Virus record (IMG/VR): IMGVR_UViG_3300005466_000024
Coordinates: 64,001-128,000 of that record
DNA: 64,000 bases
Strand: one strand, 5' to 3'
Source of the DNA: a virus
In this document: positions 9,811-18,761 of the stretch, in pieces
How the letters are laid out: each line of letters opens with the position of its first letter
Position numbering within the stretch: position 1 is the first letter of the stretch
Position numbers and translations under genes: made by a program
Notes under the pieces: generated by a model
Database searches by the model: none
What the model saw: only the letters and a program-made list of their open reading frames with translations
What the model was told of the DNA's origin: nothing

Positions 9811-10770
9811 TTACATGATCGTGCTGCGCAGGGTGTCTGCCGGACCGTAGCCGAACTGTCGGCGGTACTGTGCAGCAAATCGGCCCAAGTGGACGAAACC
9901 GTATCGGCGTGCTATTGACGCCACTGTGACGGCACTGGGATCCGCGTGTGCCAGCTCATCGTGAACCCGCTGCAGACGTAGCTCGCGAAGGTAGGTCATC
10001 GGCGGCGGCAGGTCCGCATGATCGAATGCCCGGTGCAGTGCTCGGGCACTGACCGCCACTTCGCGTGCCAGCATCGCGATACTCCACGGGAATTCCGGGT
10101 GTTCGCGCATCACCTCGATCGCGCGCCCCACCACGGTGGGGCCCGCGCGCCTGCCCTCGGCGAGGATGTGGGAGTGACTGTGCCGTTGGCTCAGTAGCAG
10201 CCCCTCGATCAACAGTTGCTGCAGATGTTCGATCGTCAGCGGGTGGCTCAGGAGCTCGTCGGCACTATTGGCCTGGTGAACCAGCAGACTCAACACGTCA
10301 CGCCAGGTGCGGTGAGGCTCCAGGTGTCGGTCGAACGCAAGGTGGCCGTTCACGGACCGGTCGAGCAGCGCCTCCAACCGCTCGACCAGTACCGGCTTGG
10401 GGATGGTCAACGTCAGTTCGGTGAAGTCGGTGGAGAATCGCCCCCTGCAGGTCTCACCGGCGTTGAACACCGCCACCGATCCGGCCTCGCTGGTGCGCTG
10501 CTGGCCATCCTCCCAGGTGGTCTGCAGTCGGCCGGCCCGGAGGGTGGCGACGTGGTAGGCCGCGGCCCGGCCGCGCAGTGCAAGCTCTGCCCCGAAGGTA
10601 ACGTGCCCGAGAACCAGCATCGGCAGCGTCACGCTGGACAGGTGCATGTTCAGTCCAGTGGTCCGGGGTGCGACATCGACCGTCGTGGACTCACCGAAGA
10701 CCTGCCGCAGGGTGTCGATGCCCTGGCCGATGTCGGTGATGTGCTGCGGAGGATCCGTGCCGATGTTCAT
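9811..10770 (-). CDS. AraC-family transcriptional regulator
   Basis: 319 aa; C-terminal double HTH (WSIAMLAREVAVSARALHRAF...VASIARRYGFVHLGRFAAQYRRQFGYGPADTLR) and N-terminal ligand-binding domain. Confidence 0.9.
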   Translation of the reverse strand: MNIGTDPPQHITDIGQGIDTLRQVFGESTTVDVAPRTTGLNMHLSSVTLPMLVLGHVTFGAELALRGRAAAYHVATLRAGRLQTTWEDGQQRTSEAGSVAVFNAGETCRGRFSTDFTELTLTIPKPVLVERLEALLDRSVNGHLAFDRHLEPHRTWRDVLSLLVHQANSADELLSHPLTIEHLQQLLIEGLLLSQRHSHSHILAEGRRAGPTVVGRAIEVMREHPEFPWSIAMLAREVAVSARALHRAFDHADLPPPMTYLRELRLQRVHDELAHADPSAVTVASIARRYGFVHLGRFAAQYRRQFGYGPADTLRSTIM

Positions 10771-10840
10771 CGGGCAGTCACTCTAGCGCCGCTGTGCCGG
10801 GTTTTCACTTCTACTGTTTCGGCAGCGACCCCCGGGCGTG

Positions 10841-11065
10841 TTACTGCGGCTTCTTGCGCACCTCGTAACCGGCGCGGTCCAGGGGCTGCAGCAGATCGGT
10901 GACGATGGTGTTCACCTTCTCCCGGCGTTCGTCATCGCTCAATTCCTCCCACGGCGGGAACGTGGTCCTCAGCAGGTCATCCTTCACTGCGCCGGCCAAT
11001 TGCCTTTGGAGGTCTTGGCGCTGCTCCTCCCAGAGATCAGCGACCAGTCGCTCCACCGGAATCAC
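10841..11065 (-). CDS. Hypothetical protein (start uncertain)
   Basis: Helical, protein-like segment ERLVADLWEEQ...WEELSDDERREKV; the longer ORF start at 11188 overlaps the upstream gene by ~150 nt. Confidence 0.45.
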   Translation of the reverse strand: MIPVERLVADLWEEQRQDLQRQLAGAVKDDLLRTTFPPWEELSDDERREKVNTIVTDLLQPLDRAGYEVRKKPQ

Positions 11066-11579
11066 CGTTCGTTGGAAGGGGGGCCGCGTCGGCAATGACG
11101 GTACCTTCTTGGTCGGTACCTTCTTCGATCCTGCTGGGGACGCTGGCACCGGGGTCGATACCTTCGTGCTTCGCGTCGTTGCCGTCACGGCCGATTTCCT
11201 GTTCTTCCGTCTCGTAGGCCAGGAGGCTGGTCACGGGCAGGATACCGAGGACGGCATCCCGTGTGATCCATCTATAGTGCGCCAGAAATTCCCGTTCCAC
11301 AAAGTCTAGGTCAGCAGCAGTCTTCTTGAGGACTGCCAATAGTTGTGCCCGGTCATCCGGCGTGTCGATTCCATGCCCCTTGTAACGTGTCGGCGGCCAA
11401 ACCACGGTGCCGTTCGGCAACCGCAGCCCGAACTCCTGAACTCGCCTCGTGGCAGGGGTTTCGTCCGGCCGCGACTCCCCGCTCTCTGGTGGCCATATGT
11501 ACCCCTCGAACGGGGGTGGTGCCAGCATGAGTTTGTCGCACATCCTACCGAATAGTCCCCGGGCCTTCTCGGTCATCAT
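11037..11579 (-). CDS. Hypothetical protein downstream of portal
   Basis: ATGATG preceded by AAGGGGGT; about 180 aa, protein-like composition. Confidence 0.55.
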   Translation of the reverse strand: MMTEKARGLFGRMCDKLMLAPPPFEGYIWPPESGESRPDETPATRRVQEFGLRLPNGTVVWPPTRYKGHGIDTPDDRAQLLAVLKKTAADLDFVEREFLAHYRWITRDAVLGILPVTSLLAYETEEQEIGRDGNDAKHEGIDPGASVPSRIEEGTDQEGTVIADAAPLPTNGDSGGATGR

Positions 11580-11596
11580 TACCCCCTTGAATTTTC

Positions 11597-14026
11597 CTAA
11601 TCCCATTCCGGTGTGACACCCGTCACGTATTCGTATTGTTCTGCCAGTTCCCGTGCGATATCCGCCGACTCGCGTGCCTGCCCGGCCATAATGGCAGGCC
11701 AGTCGGCCTGGAGCTGGGATTCGTGCGGCGAGTTCAGCAGGGCGTAGAACCCGGGATCGTGCACGAGATCCTCCATGCGGGGGACGGGATGGCGGGCGAT
11801 GACCTCGCGACGGCGCACCGCGTCGGTGACGCGTTGTTCGGAGGCGCGCCGCGCGCTGCCGTAGGAACTCGGCCCGCGTTCGAACTGGCTCAGTTTGCGG
11901 GTGTGCCCGTTGGTGGCGGCGGCGCGGGGGGCACCGGCGCGCAGGTCGTCGGACTCCTCGGGGCGCGCCCGATTGCGCGCCACCTCCACGGGAGGTGGCG
12001 CTGCCCCGAGCGGGGGCATGCCCGGCCCACCTGGGGGCGGGCCACCGGCCTGATCGTCCTCCATTCCCGGCGGTGGGGGTGGCGGCATCGGCACGGTGCC
12101 GGGTAGCAGTCCCAGCTGGCCGGCGGGACTCATCTGCGCGGCCTGCTGTTCCATCTGCTTCTGCTGGGTTTCCATCAGGTCGGTTTGGGCGAGCTGTTGG
12201 CGCAGCACCAGGGTCTGGGTCAGCCATTGGGCCAGTTCGGCCGGGTACGGCAGTTCCTTCTGGTCGATGATCTTCTGGGCCTTGGACATGGCCTCGGCCT
12301 CGGCGACCAGCTTGTCGACCTTCTCGTTGCCCTGGCGCACCAGTTCCTGGTCGAATTGCACCGGCAGGTTGACTGCCATGGTTTTGTCGGAAATCGGAAT
12401 CCCCATCTGCTTCAACTGGGTGATGAACGCCCGCTCTGTTTGTTCGTCCCGCAAATTCAGCGAGGAGAATCGGATTTCGGGGATCAGCAGCTTGGGCGCA
12501 CGCACCACCCTTTTCTCCCCGGTCTCCGGATCCTCTTCGATGACCTCACGGTACAAGGGGCGCCGCACCCCACCCTTGAGTTCGTAGTCGAAGTGCTCCT
12601 GGGCCTCGGCGATGACCTCCATCCGCTTGCGGATGTGCTGGACGACCTTGCGTTGGAAGCCCTTCATCAGCAGCTCGCACACCTCGCGGTTGAGGGCGGA
12701 GGAGGCGTAGGTGCCCGCCGCGGCGGTGCCGCCCATCACCAGCGCCGACCCGATCCCCCATGCCTGCATCAATTTCATGTCGATGCGTTCGTAGTCCTGA
12801 TCGAAGCGCGGCACCGCTTCGCGGCCGAACACCGGTTGGATCTGCAGCCCGAAGTGATGGCACATCAGCTTGAAGTCGGCGGCCAGCGCGGACTGGAAGT
12901 CGTCGCGCAGATCATCGAGTTCGCTTTGGTCGGGGATCCATGGTTCGCCGTCGCCCATGTCCTGGATGCCGAGGGTGGCCAGGATCAGCGGGCTGTAGAG
13001 CCGGTCGGCCACCGAGTCCTGGGCGGCGTTCAGGCTCTCCTCCATCAGCAGGGTGCCGAACGAGCGCATCAGGAACGGGGTGCCCCGCAAGTCCCAGGGG
13101 CTGGTCTTGTTGACGATGCGACTCCACAGGGCCTCGGAGATGTCCAGGCCGTCGTCCTGGGTGGCCGCGGAGATGACCTCCGGATAGTGCTTGACCAGCT
13201 GCTGGTACTCCCAGGTGCGTTCCTGGCGTTCGCTGTGCGATTCCTCGCCCAGCGCCATGCCCTGCGGGCCGGCGCGCAGCGATTCGACCATGTCCTTGAC
13301 CAGCAGCTGCACCCGCTCCTCGGTGACGAACAGGCTCTTGGAGACTCGCACCATGTCGGGGTTGAGGATCTCCTCGGAGCTCCAGATGCCCAGCTCCTCG
13401 TTGAAGTGCGCCAGCGAGGTCACCTCGCCGCTGATGTAGTACTCCCGGCCCAGGCATTCGGGCAGCCATTCCTCGTAGTTGAGCTGGTTGAGGAACATGT
13501 CGGAGTAGAAGTTCTCGATCTGCGGATCCTTGGACACGAATTCCAGGCCGGTGAGCGGGAAGCGGGCGTAGATGTCGATGAGCAGCGGCACCAGGTCGTG
13601 GATGCAGTAGAACAGTCGACTCCAGGCCCGGGCCTCCGACAGCTGTTTGGGGTCGGCGATGTCCAGTGGGATGCCCTTGTCCTGCAGCGACATTCCGGGG
13701 GTGCGTATCTTGGGCAGGGCCATGGTCAAATCGGAACCGGTGCGGCGCAGCCCTCCGGTACGCGCCGCGTTGGCCAATCGGGAGCGGCGCATCTGTGCGC
13801 GCACTGTGCGGGTATTCTCCGACAGCGCCCCGGGGGTGTTGACCATGCCCTCGACCTGTTTGGCGGTGATGCGGGCCTGCACCGGGGACTGGGGCAGGCC
13901 GGGGTAGCCGGCGGCTTTGAGCCGGCGCAGTTCGGTGTCGAAGCCGCCCGTCACCAGTCCCGACGAACTGCGGCTGACGCCGCGCCGATCGGTGACGCTA
14001 AATCCTCGAGGGCCTGGGGCTGTCAC
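11597..14026 (-). CDS. Portal protein
   Basis: 809 aa in the head module; segments (PLLIDIYARFPLTGLEF, WSSEEILNPD, AQDSVADRLYSPLILATLG) resemble Bxz1-like portals. Confidence 0.75.
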   Translation of the reverse strand: MTAPGPRGFSVTDRRGVSRSSSGLVTGGFDTELRRLKAAGYPGLPQSPVQARITAKQVEGMVNTPGALSENTRTVRAQMRRSRLANAARTGGLRRTGSDLTMALPKIRTPGMSLQDKGIPLDIADPKQLSEARAWSRLFYCIHDLVPLLIDIYARFPLTGLEFVSKDPQIENFYSDMFLNQLNYEEWLPECLGREYYISGEVTSLAHFNEELGIWSSEEILNPDMVRVSKSLFVTEERVQLLVKDMVESLRAGPQGMALGEESHSERQERTWEYQQLVKHYPEVISAATQDDGLDISEALWSRIVNKTSPWDLRGTPFLMRSFGTLLMEESLNAAQDSVADRLYSPLILATLGIQDMGDGEPWIPDQSELDDLRDDFQSALAADFKLMCHHFGLQIQPVFGREAVPRFDQDYERIDMKLMQAWGIGSALVMGGTAAAGTYASSALNREVCELLMKGFQRKVVQHIRKRMEVIAEAQEHFDYELKGGVRRPLYREVIEEDPETGEKRVVRAPKLLIPEIRFSSLNLRDEQTERAFITQLKQMGIPISDKTMAVNLPVQFDQELVRQGNEKVDKLVAEAEAMSKAQKIIDQKELPYPAELAQWLTQTLVLRQQLAQTDLMETQQKQMEQQAAQMSPAGQLGLLPGTVPMPPPPPPGMEDDQAGGPPPGGPGMPPLGAAPPPVEVARNRARPEESDDLRAGAPRAAATNGHTRKLSQFERGPSSYGSARRASEQRVTDAVRRREVIARHPVPRMEDLVHDPGFYALLNSPHESQLQADWPAIMAGQARESADIARELAEQYEYVTGVTPEWD

Positions 14027-14050
14027 ACCCTTTTCGGCAGGACTGCGGAA

Positions 14051-14428
14051 CTATGAGATTCCTCCAGCGACATCGCTTGTGATTTGCCGGAGGCATATCT
14101 CCGTATACCATGCCTCATCTGGTACTTCTGGATATGCCTTCTCTATTAGAGCCACCTTGAATGACGGATAGATCAGCGAACCCCCATCTTCCAAGGAAAA
14201 GCTGATATCCCTGACGACGCCGGTCCCTTCGTAGAGCAGCCCGGCCAACCGGCACTCGACCTGATCACCCGGTCGAAACGGAACGGTTCGCATCAAAAAT
14301 CCCAATGCGCGGGCCACACTGGGGCCGGGCAGCTGCGCCACGCATCCCACGCAGTACTCCAGCCCGCGAGAGTCGGTGCGCACGACTTCGGCGACCTTCC
14401 TGCAGTTGGTGCACAGCCCGACGGTCAT
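14051..14428 (-). CDS. Conserved hypothetical protein (N-terminal CxxC...CxxC, SH3/KOW-like barrel)
   Basis: MTVGLCTNC...YCVGC...FRPGDQVECRLAGLLYEGTGVV; ATGA overlap with the upstream stop at 14425. Confidence 0.6.
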   Translation of the reverse strand: MTVGLCTNCRKVAEVVRTDSRGLEYCVGCVAQLPGPSVARALGFLMRTVPFRPGDQVECRLAGLLYEGTGVVRDISFSLEDGGSLIYPSFKVALIEKAYPEVPDEAWYTEICLRQITSDVAGGIS

Positions 14429-14886
14429 GTCTGCCGGGGTCGGCCGGGGTGCAGTACCCGTTCGGTCCACCGCTGGTTGCGGTCGCGCTGGTGCCAGTCG
14501 CGCGGGGGTGGTTTCTTCTCGGCGTTGGGGACGGGCGGGTGGTGGTGGGGCCAGTCGTCCTCGGTCTCGTCGTCTTCCGTCGACTCCCCTTGCTTGGCGA
14601 TGATTACCCCTCTCCGTACGGGCACCTCGCGGCAGATGATCTTTTCCAGTGCGGCTTCCCGGCCGTCCCCGCCAGTGCCGATGACGTACGAATTCCATTG
14701 GTTACCGCATTTACACCGATGGAAGCCACCTGGAGTGTCGAATTCCTGTCCGCAATCGCAGGCGAACTTTTCGGCCGCCGTGGTGATGTATCCGTTTAGA
14801 AAGTGGTCGAAGTCCCATCCCGCGACCTTGCGGTGCGCGGGGCCCCATCCCCATTCCGCGCCCGCTACGCGCGGGCGCGTCCGGCT
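14425..14886 (-). CDS. -1 frameshift extension (153 aa, Cys-rich) of the 14865..17360 protein
   Basis: Open -1 frame SRTRPRVAGAEWGWGPAHRKVAGWDFDHFLNGY...FACDCG...HRCKCGNQWNSYVIG...ICREVPV; no ATG/GTG/TTG until 14625; begins at a slippery heptamer. Confidence 0.75.
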   Translation of the reverse strand, partial: SRTRPRVAGAEWGWGPAHRKVAGWDFDHFLNGYITTAAEKFACDCGQEFDTPGGFHRCKCGNQWNSYVIGTGGDGREAALEKIICREVPVRRGVIIAKQGESTEDDETEDDWPHHHPPVPNAEKKPPPRDWHQRDRNQRWTERVLHPGRPRQT

Positions 14887-14892
14887 TTTGGG
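14857..14892 (-). other. Programmed -1 ribosomal frameshift signal
   Basis: C CCA AAA (14892-14886) in the 0 frame, 6-nt spacer, hairpin CGCGCCCGC-GCGTA-GCGGGCGCG (14879-14857) spanning the 0-frame TAG. Confidence 0.8.
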
Positions 14893-17360
14893 TCGTCCCC
14901 GCCCCGCTTCCGCTGGTCCTGCGCACCGAACAGGTGCTGGCGCAGCTGGGACTTGGCCCGCTCCCCGACGCCCCGCTCGTTGGCGAATGCTTCGATGTCG
15001 CTCTCTCCGCCACGCGGTGCGCCGGGTGATTTGTCCACCCAGTCGTAGTAGTCGTCGATGACGCCACTGGTGCGTTGAGTGTCCGGGCCGCCCTCTTTCC
15101 GGACCGCCCCATCATCTTTTGGGCGCCCACCTCGTTTCGCGGCCCGTGCCGGGCCTTGCGGCATTGTCTCCACAGCGGCCATCGCCGGCTGCGGCGTATG
15201 CCCGACCGCCTTGTACCACTTGTCGTGCGAGAACCGGTCGTTGTCGGCCTTGAACATGTCGGCCAGGCCCTCGGCCAGCGGCCCCTTGTGTTCTGGTGGT
15301 AGCCCGGCGACCAGCTTGGCCATCTGCACGTAGTGCTTGCGGCTCATCGCCATGGCGACCATCTCGCGCAGTGATGCGGCGAGCTGCTGCGGGTCCGGGG
15401 GCGCGGCTCCCTGATCTGCGGCGGCGGGAGGCGCAGCAGCCGGGCCCGACTGGTCCGCAGCGGCCGGTGGTGGGGCACCGCCACCGGCCTGCGCCATCCC
15501 CGCGGGTGGCTGCGGCAGCACGTTGACCGTGCCCGCCGGCGGCTGCACGTTCAGCGGGTTGGCGGCCTGCATGGCCTGCTCCTCTTGCTGGACGATCTGC
15601 AGGGCCTGCTGCAGGGCGCCCACGCCCTGCTGGAATTCCTCGGCCTTCTGGTTGAGCAGCTGGGTCAGCGCCTCGTCGGCCTTCTGCAGGTAGTCGGGGG
15701 CGGCGGTACGCCGACCGGCTCCGATTTGATGGTGGGGGTTGTTGGTGGTCCAGCCAGGTCGCCCACGCCTGTTCCACTCCTCCGCGCTCAGCCCCTGCTG
15801 TACCCAGTCCGGATCCTGATGGCGAGGGTGTCCCGGGTGGTCCTCCGACTGCTCGGCGCTGTGTCGCGATGCCAGGTAACCCTGGCCGGTACCGAACTCC
15901 TCTGCCCCCACCGCGTCGGGCGCCTTGGGGTGCTTGTTGCGTCGTGCCGGGTCGGGGTTGCGCACCTGGCCGGGTGGTAGACCCACGATCGCGCCGTGAC
16001 CCTCACCCTCGCGCCGGGAGGCGGGTTTCTTCTTGCGGGGCTGATCGGTCTTGCGTCGCAGCGCAGCGAGCACCGTGTAGTACTCCCGGTCGGGACGTTT
16101 GGCCGCCCACACCTCCAGGGAGTCCACCGACGGACGTACCCGGCGTTGTGCACACCAGGCCGCGAACTTAGCCGCGGACTTGGCGAAGTCGGTGTCGGCG
16201 GGATCCCCGGTGTGTTCGGTGACCGGGGACTCGGTGTCGATGAACCGGTCCCGGACCTTCTCCCGGGCGCCCTGGTCGATACGGTCGAGGTAGCCCTTGA
16301 AGTCGCCCTCGGGGATCAGGTCGCCCTTCGACGGCCGGAAGGTCACGTCGTTGTTCATCGCCGGACCGGTCTTGTCGGCGACCCGTGATTCCTTCTCCTT
16401 GTGGTACTTGCGGGCGTGTTCCTCGTTCTCGTGGCAGCCGGGCCAGCAGGCGACACGGGCCGCCTTCGGTCGGCTCATGTCCTCGATCTTGTCGCAGGTT
16501 CCGGGGTGCTTGCCGTGCACCGACGGCATGTTGCACACCGACTTGGCGTCGTTGAGGTCTTTTTCGGTGCCGACTGGGAAGCTGCCGTGTGGTCCTGCGA
16601 AGGGGCCGGATTCCTTGGCCACGTCGCCGTCGCCGCGGTAGCTCTCGGCTTGATGTCGGCTGGACTGTTTGTCCTGGAAGTTGCGTAGCGGTTCGCCCTT
16701 GCGGCGGCGGCCGTCCTCGACCTGGTGGTAGATCTTGCCGCAGTACGCGTCGGGATCGGCGGCGTTGCTGTTCTGTCTGGTGCAGTCCTCCCAGCCGGAG
16801 TAGCCCGCGAACGGGCCGTGCAGCCGGTCGCTGTCGGCATTCTTGCGGGAGGCATCGTGGTGCAGTCGCGACGGATCGACCGATTGCACGATGCTTCCTG
16901 CCGGTGTCTTGCCGGGCCCCTGAATGTCGCTGGGGATCCCCGGCGCATAGGCGCCGGTACCGGTGCCGGCCTGAGCCTGCTCGTCGGCTCCCCCCATGGT
17001 CATCCCCGGTGCTGGCACACCGGGTCCCCCGAACGGGCTGTCGACGCTCAGGCCTCCGGAGGGGCTGCTGGGGTCCACGTCGGCCCCCAGCTTGGCCCGG
17101 AACTCGGCTTCCAGTGGCTTGAGGACGCGCCGGATCACCCCGGATCGCGGGAACACGTGCGGGGTCATGGTGCGGATGGCGTCGTCGCGGATCAGCGCCA
17201 GCCGGTCCCGGTATTCCTCGAGGTCCCTGGCCGCGAACAGAAACGACCCGAACCGTTCGCGGACGTCGTACACGGCAGCGGCCAGCTGGTTGGCGGCCTC
17301 GCGCTGCTGGTACTTGATTTCGCTGTCCGACGCCACCAGGTTCTCGAACATGCCGCTCAT
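14865..17360 (-). CDS. Large modular head-associated protein (831 aa; about 978 aa if frameshifted)
   Basis: Helical N-terminus, small Cys-containing modules (GPFAGYSGWEDC...DPDAYCGKIYH; GSFPVG...SVCN...TCDKI), coiled-coil; located between lysis cassette and portal. Confidence 0.7.
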   Translation of the reverse strand: MSGMFENLVASDSEIKYQQREAANQLAAAVYDVRERFGSFLFAARDLEEYRDRLALIRDDAIRTMTPHVFPRSGVIRRVLKPLEAEFRAKLGADVDPSSPSGGLSVDSPFGGPGVPAPGMTMGGADEQAQAGTGTGAYAPGIPSDIQGPGKTPAGSIVQSVDPSRLHHDASRKNADSDRLHGPFAGYSGWEDCTRQNSNAADPDAYCGKIYHQVEDGRRRKGEPLRNFQDKQSSRHQAESYRGDGDVAKESGPFAGPHGSFPVGTEKDLNDAKSVCNMPSVHGKHPGTCDKIEDMSRPKAARVACWPGCHENEEHARKYHKEKESRVADKTGPAMNNDVTFRPSKGDLIPEGDFKGYLDRIDQGAREKVRDRFIDTESPVTEHTGDPADTDFAKSAAKFAAWCAQRRVRPSVDSLEVWAAKRPDREYYTVLAALRRKTDQPRKKKPASRREGEGHGAIVGLPPGQVRNPDPARRNKHPKAPDAVGAEEFGTGQGYLASRHSAEQSEDHPGHPRHQDPDWVQQGLSAEEWNRRGRPGWTTNNPHHQIGAGRRTAAPDYLQKADEALTQLLNQKAEEFQQGVGALQQALQIVQQEEQAMQAANPLNVQPPAGTVNVLPQPPAGMAQAGGGAPPPAAADQSGPAAAPPAAADQGAAPPDPQQLAASLREMVAMAMSRKHYVQMAKLVAGLPPEHKGPLAEGLADMFKADNDRFSHDKWYKAVGHTPQPAMAAVETMPQGPARAAKRGGRPKDDGAVRKEGGPDTQRTSGVIDDYYDWVDKSPGAPRGGESDIEAFANERGVGERAKSQLRQHLFGAQDQRKRGGDDPKAGRARA

Positions 17361-17420
17361 CGCTGACTCCGTCCATCCAGTCGGCCGAGAGGGATCCTCT
17401 CTATGCCTTCTGGCGGCAAC

Positions 17421-17831
17421 TCACCCCGGTGCACGCACCTCGCACTGGGGGAACGGGTGCGCCTTGAAGTACTGCTCCATATCGGCGGCGGTGACGTAAT
17501 CCCCGGGTGTGGCCGGATCGTGGGAGACGAACGTTGTGCGGAACTCTATCCACCCCTTGAGCACTTCCAGGGTGTCGGCATTGCATTTCTCCTGCGCAGT
17601 GTCCCGGGCCATGGTTTGGGACACGTAGGTGTTGAACCGGTGGGTTAGCACGATCAGGTCCGCGACCACCAGCAGCGCCACGACGGTGAAGAACACGCTC
17701 AGCGCCATGTTGATCCGTTGCTCGGTGGCTTCGGTGCCCCTGGTGTGCATCCACTGCCAGCCCGCGATACCGCCCAGCACGAAGATCGCGGCCGCCACCC
17801 CCACCAACCCGAGGAACACGGTCCACGTCAT
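17421..17831 (-). CDS. Membrane protein (lysis cassette)
   Basis: Two hydrophobic helices at the N-terminus; ATGA coupling. Confidence 0.65.
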   Translation of the reverse strand: MTWTVFLGLVGVAAAIFVLGGIAGWQWMHTRGTEATEQRINMALSVFFTVVALLVVADLIVLTHRFNTYVSQTMARDTAQEKCNADTLEVLKGWIEFRTTFVSHDPATPGDYVTAADMEQYFKAHPFPQCEVRAPG

Positions 17832-18040
17832 GTCGGCCCCCCGTTTTTCGTGCCGGCCAACGATTTTGCGCTGAACCAGAACCCGATGATCGTGAGCATC
17901 GCCCCGTCCAGGCTGGGGGTGGTGGGGAAGTCGCCGAACAACCGGAGGGCAAAGGCGGTCAGCCACGTCAGCGAGATCAGGATGGTCAGGCCGGTGAGCA
18001 CCGAACCTCTAATGATCTTCGGGAGGCTGCTGTTTTGCAC
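17828..18040 (-). CDS. Small two-TM membrane protein (lysis cassette)
   Basis: SVLTGLTILISLTWLTAFAL...GAMLTIIGFWF; GTG start inferred. Confidence 0.55.
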   Translation of the reverse strand: MQNSSLPKIIRGSVLTGLTILISLTWLTAFALRLFGDFPTTPSLDGAMLTIIGFWFSAKSLAGTKNGGPT

Positions 18041-18377
18041 GAAAGGGCACCTCCCCTTCGTCTGTTTGCTGAGGCGCGGCCGTGGACTCGGAGGCCGCCG
18101 GCGTCGCGGCAGATGGCACCGCCGCGACGACCTTGGTGAACGATGCCGTGCCCGAACGTGGTGCACTCAGGATGCTCATGCCGATGCTCAGGATGGCCAT
18201 GCCCGAACCGGACAGCAGGGCTGCGTTCCACGGGAACCCCTGGATGGTCACGTTGGTCACCGCTCCCCCGGATGCGGACAGCATCCCGCCCGTGACCAGG
18301 AAGCCCTGGATGAAGCTCTTGACGGCACGCTCCAGTGCGTCGGCCCAGAAGTCTCTGGTCACCAGTACCGAGGCCAT
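18009..18377 (-). CDS. Holin (r1t-like)
   Basis: FWADALERAVKSFIQGFL motif and TM helices; SD GAGGAGG; near lysin genes. Confidence 0.75.
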   Translation of the reverse strand: MASVLVTRDFWADALERAVKSFIQGFLVTGGMLSASGGAVTNVTIQGFPWNAALLSGSGMAILSIGMSILSAPRSGTASFTKVVAAVPSAATPAASESTAAPQQTDEGEVPFRAKQQPPEDH

Positions 18378-18401
18378 CGGTACCTCCTCACGTCCGTAGA
18401 C

Positions 18402-18761
18402 TCAGCCGAACCCGGGGATCCTCGGGAACAGGTTCTTGATGTTGGTGAACAGGTTGGTCACCACGCTGTTGATCTCGGTGGTGAGGTTTCGGCCGAGGGT
18501 GTCGAGGTCGCCGGTGATGTTCTGGCCGACGGTGGAGATGCTGGTGCCGACTTCACCGATGATCTTGTCGATGTCCTCGGCGGTGTGGTTGGTGATCTCG
18601 GTGATCACCCGGTCACTCTGGCCGATCACAGCGCCGGTGACACCCTCGACGACGCCCGCGGTGACGCTCTCGATCAGCTTGTCCAGGTTCTCCGGCTTGG
18701 TCAGCTCGACGATGATCGGCGCCACCACGTTCTCGTTGATCCAGTTCCCGATACGGCTCAT
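18402..18761 (-). CDS. Hypothetical protein (lysis cassette)
   Basis: 119 aa amphipathic helical protein; coupled to lysin B stop. Confidence 0.6.
   Translation of the reverse strand: MSRIGNWINENVVAPIIVELTKPENLDKLIESVTAGVVEGVTGAVIGQSDRVITEITNHTAEDIDKIIGEVGTSISTVGQNITGDLDTLGRNLTTEINSVVTNLFTNIKNLFPRIPGFG

Noticed and set aside
14425-14625. Standalone 66-aa gene from GTG 14625
   Set aside because: The start falls in the middle of the conserved-looking domain and omits the Cys motifs
14865-14867. Amber readthrough of the 831-aa ORF
   Set aside because: The 0 frame after TAG hits TAA within about 23 codons; the protein-like sequence is in the -1 frame
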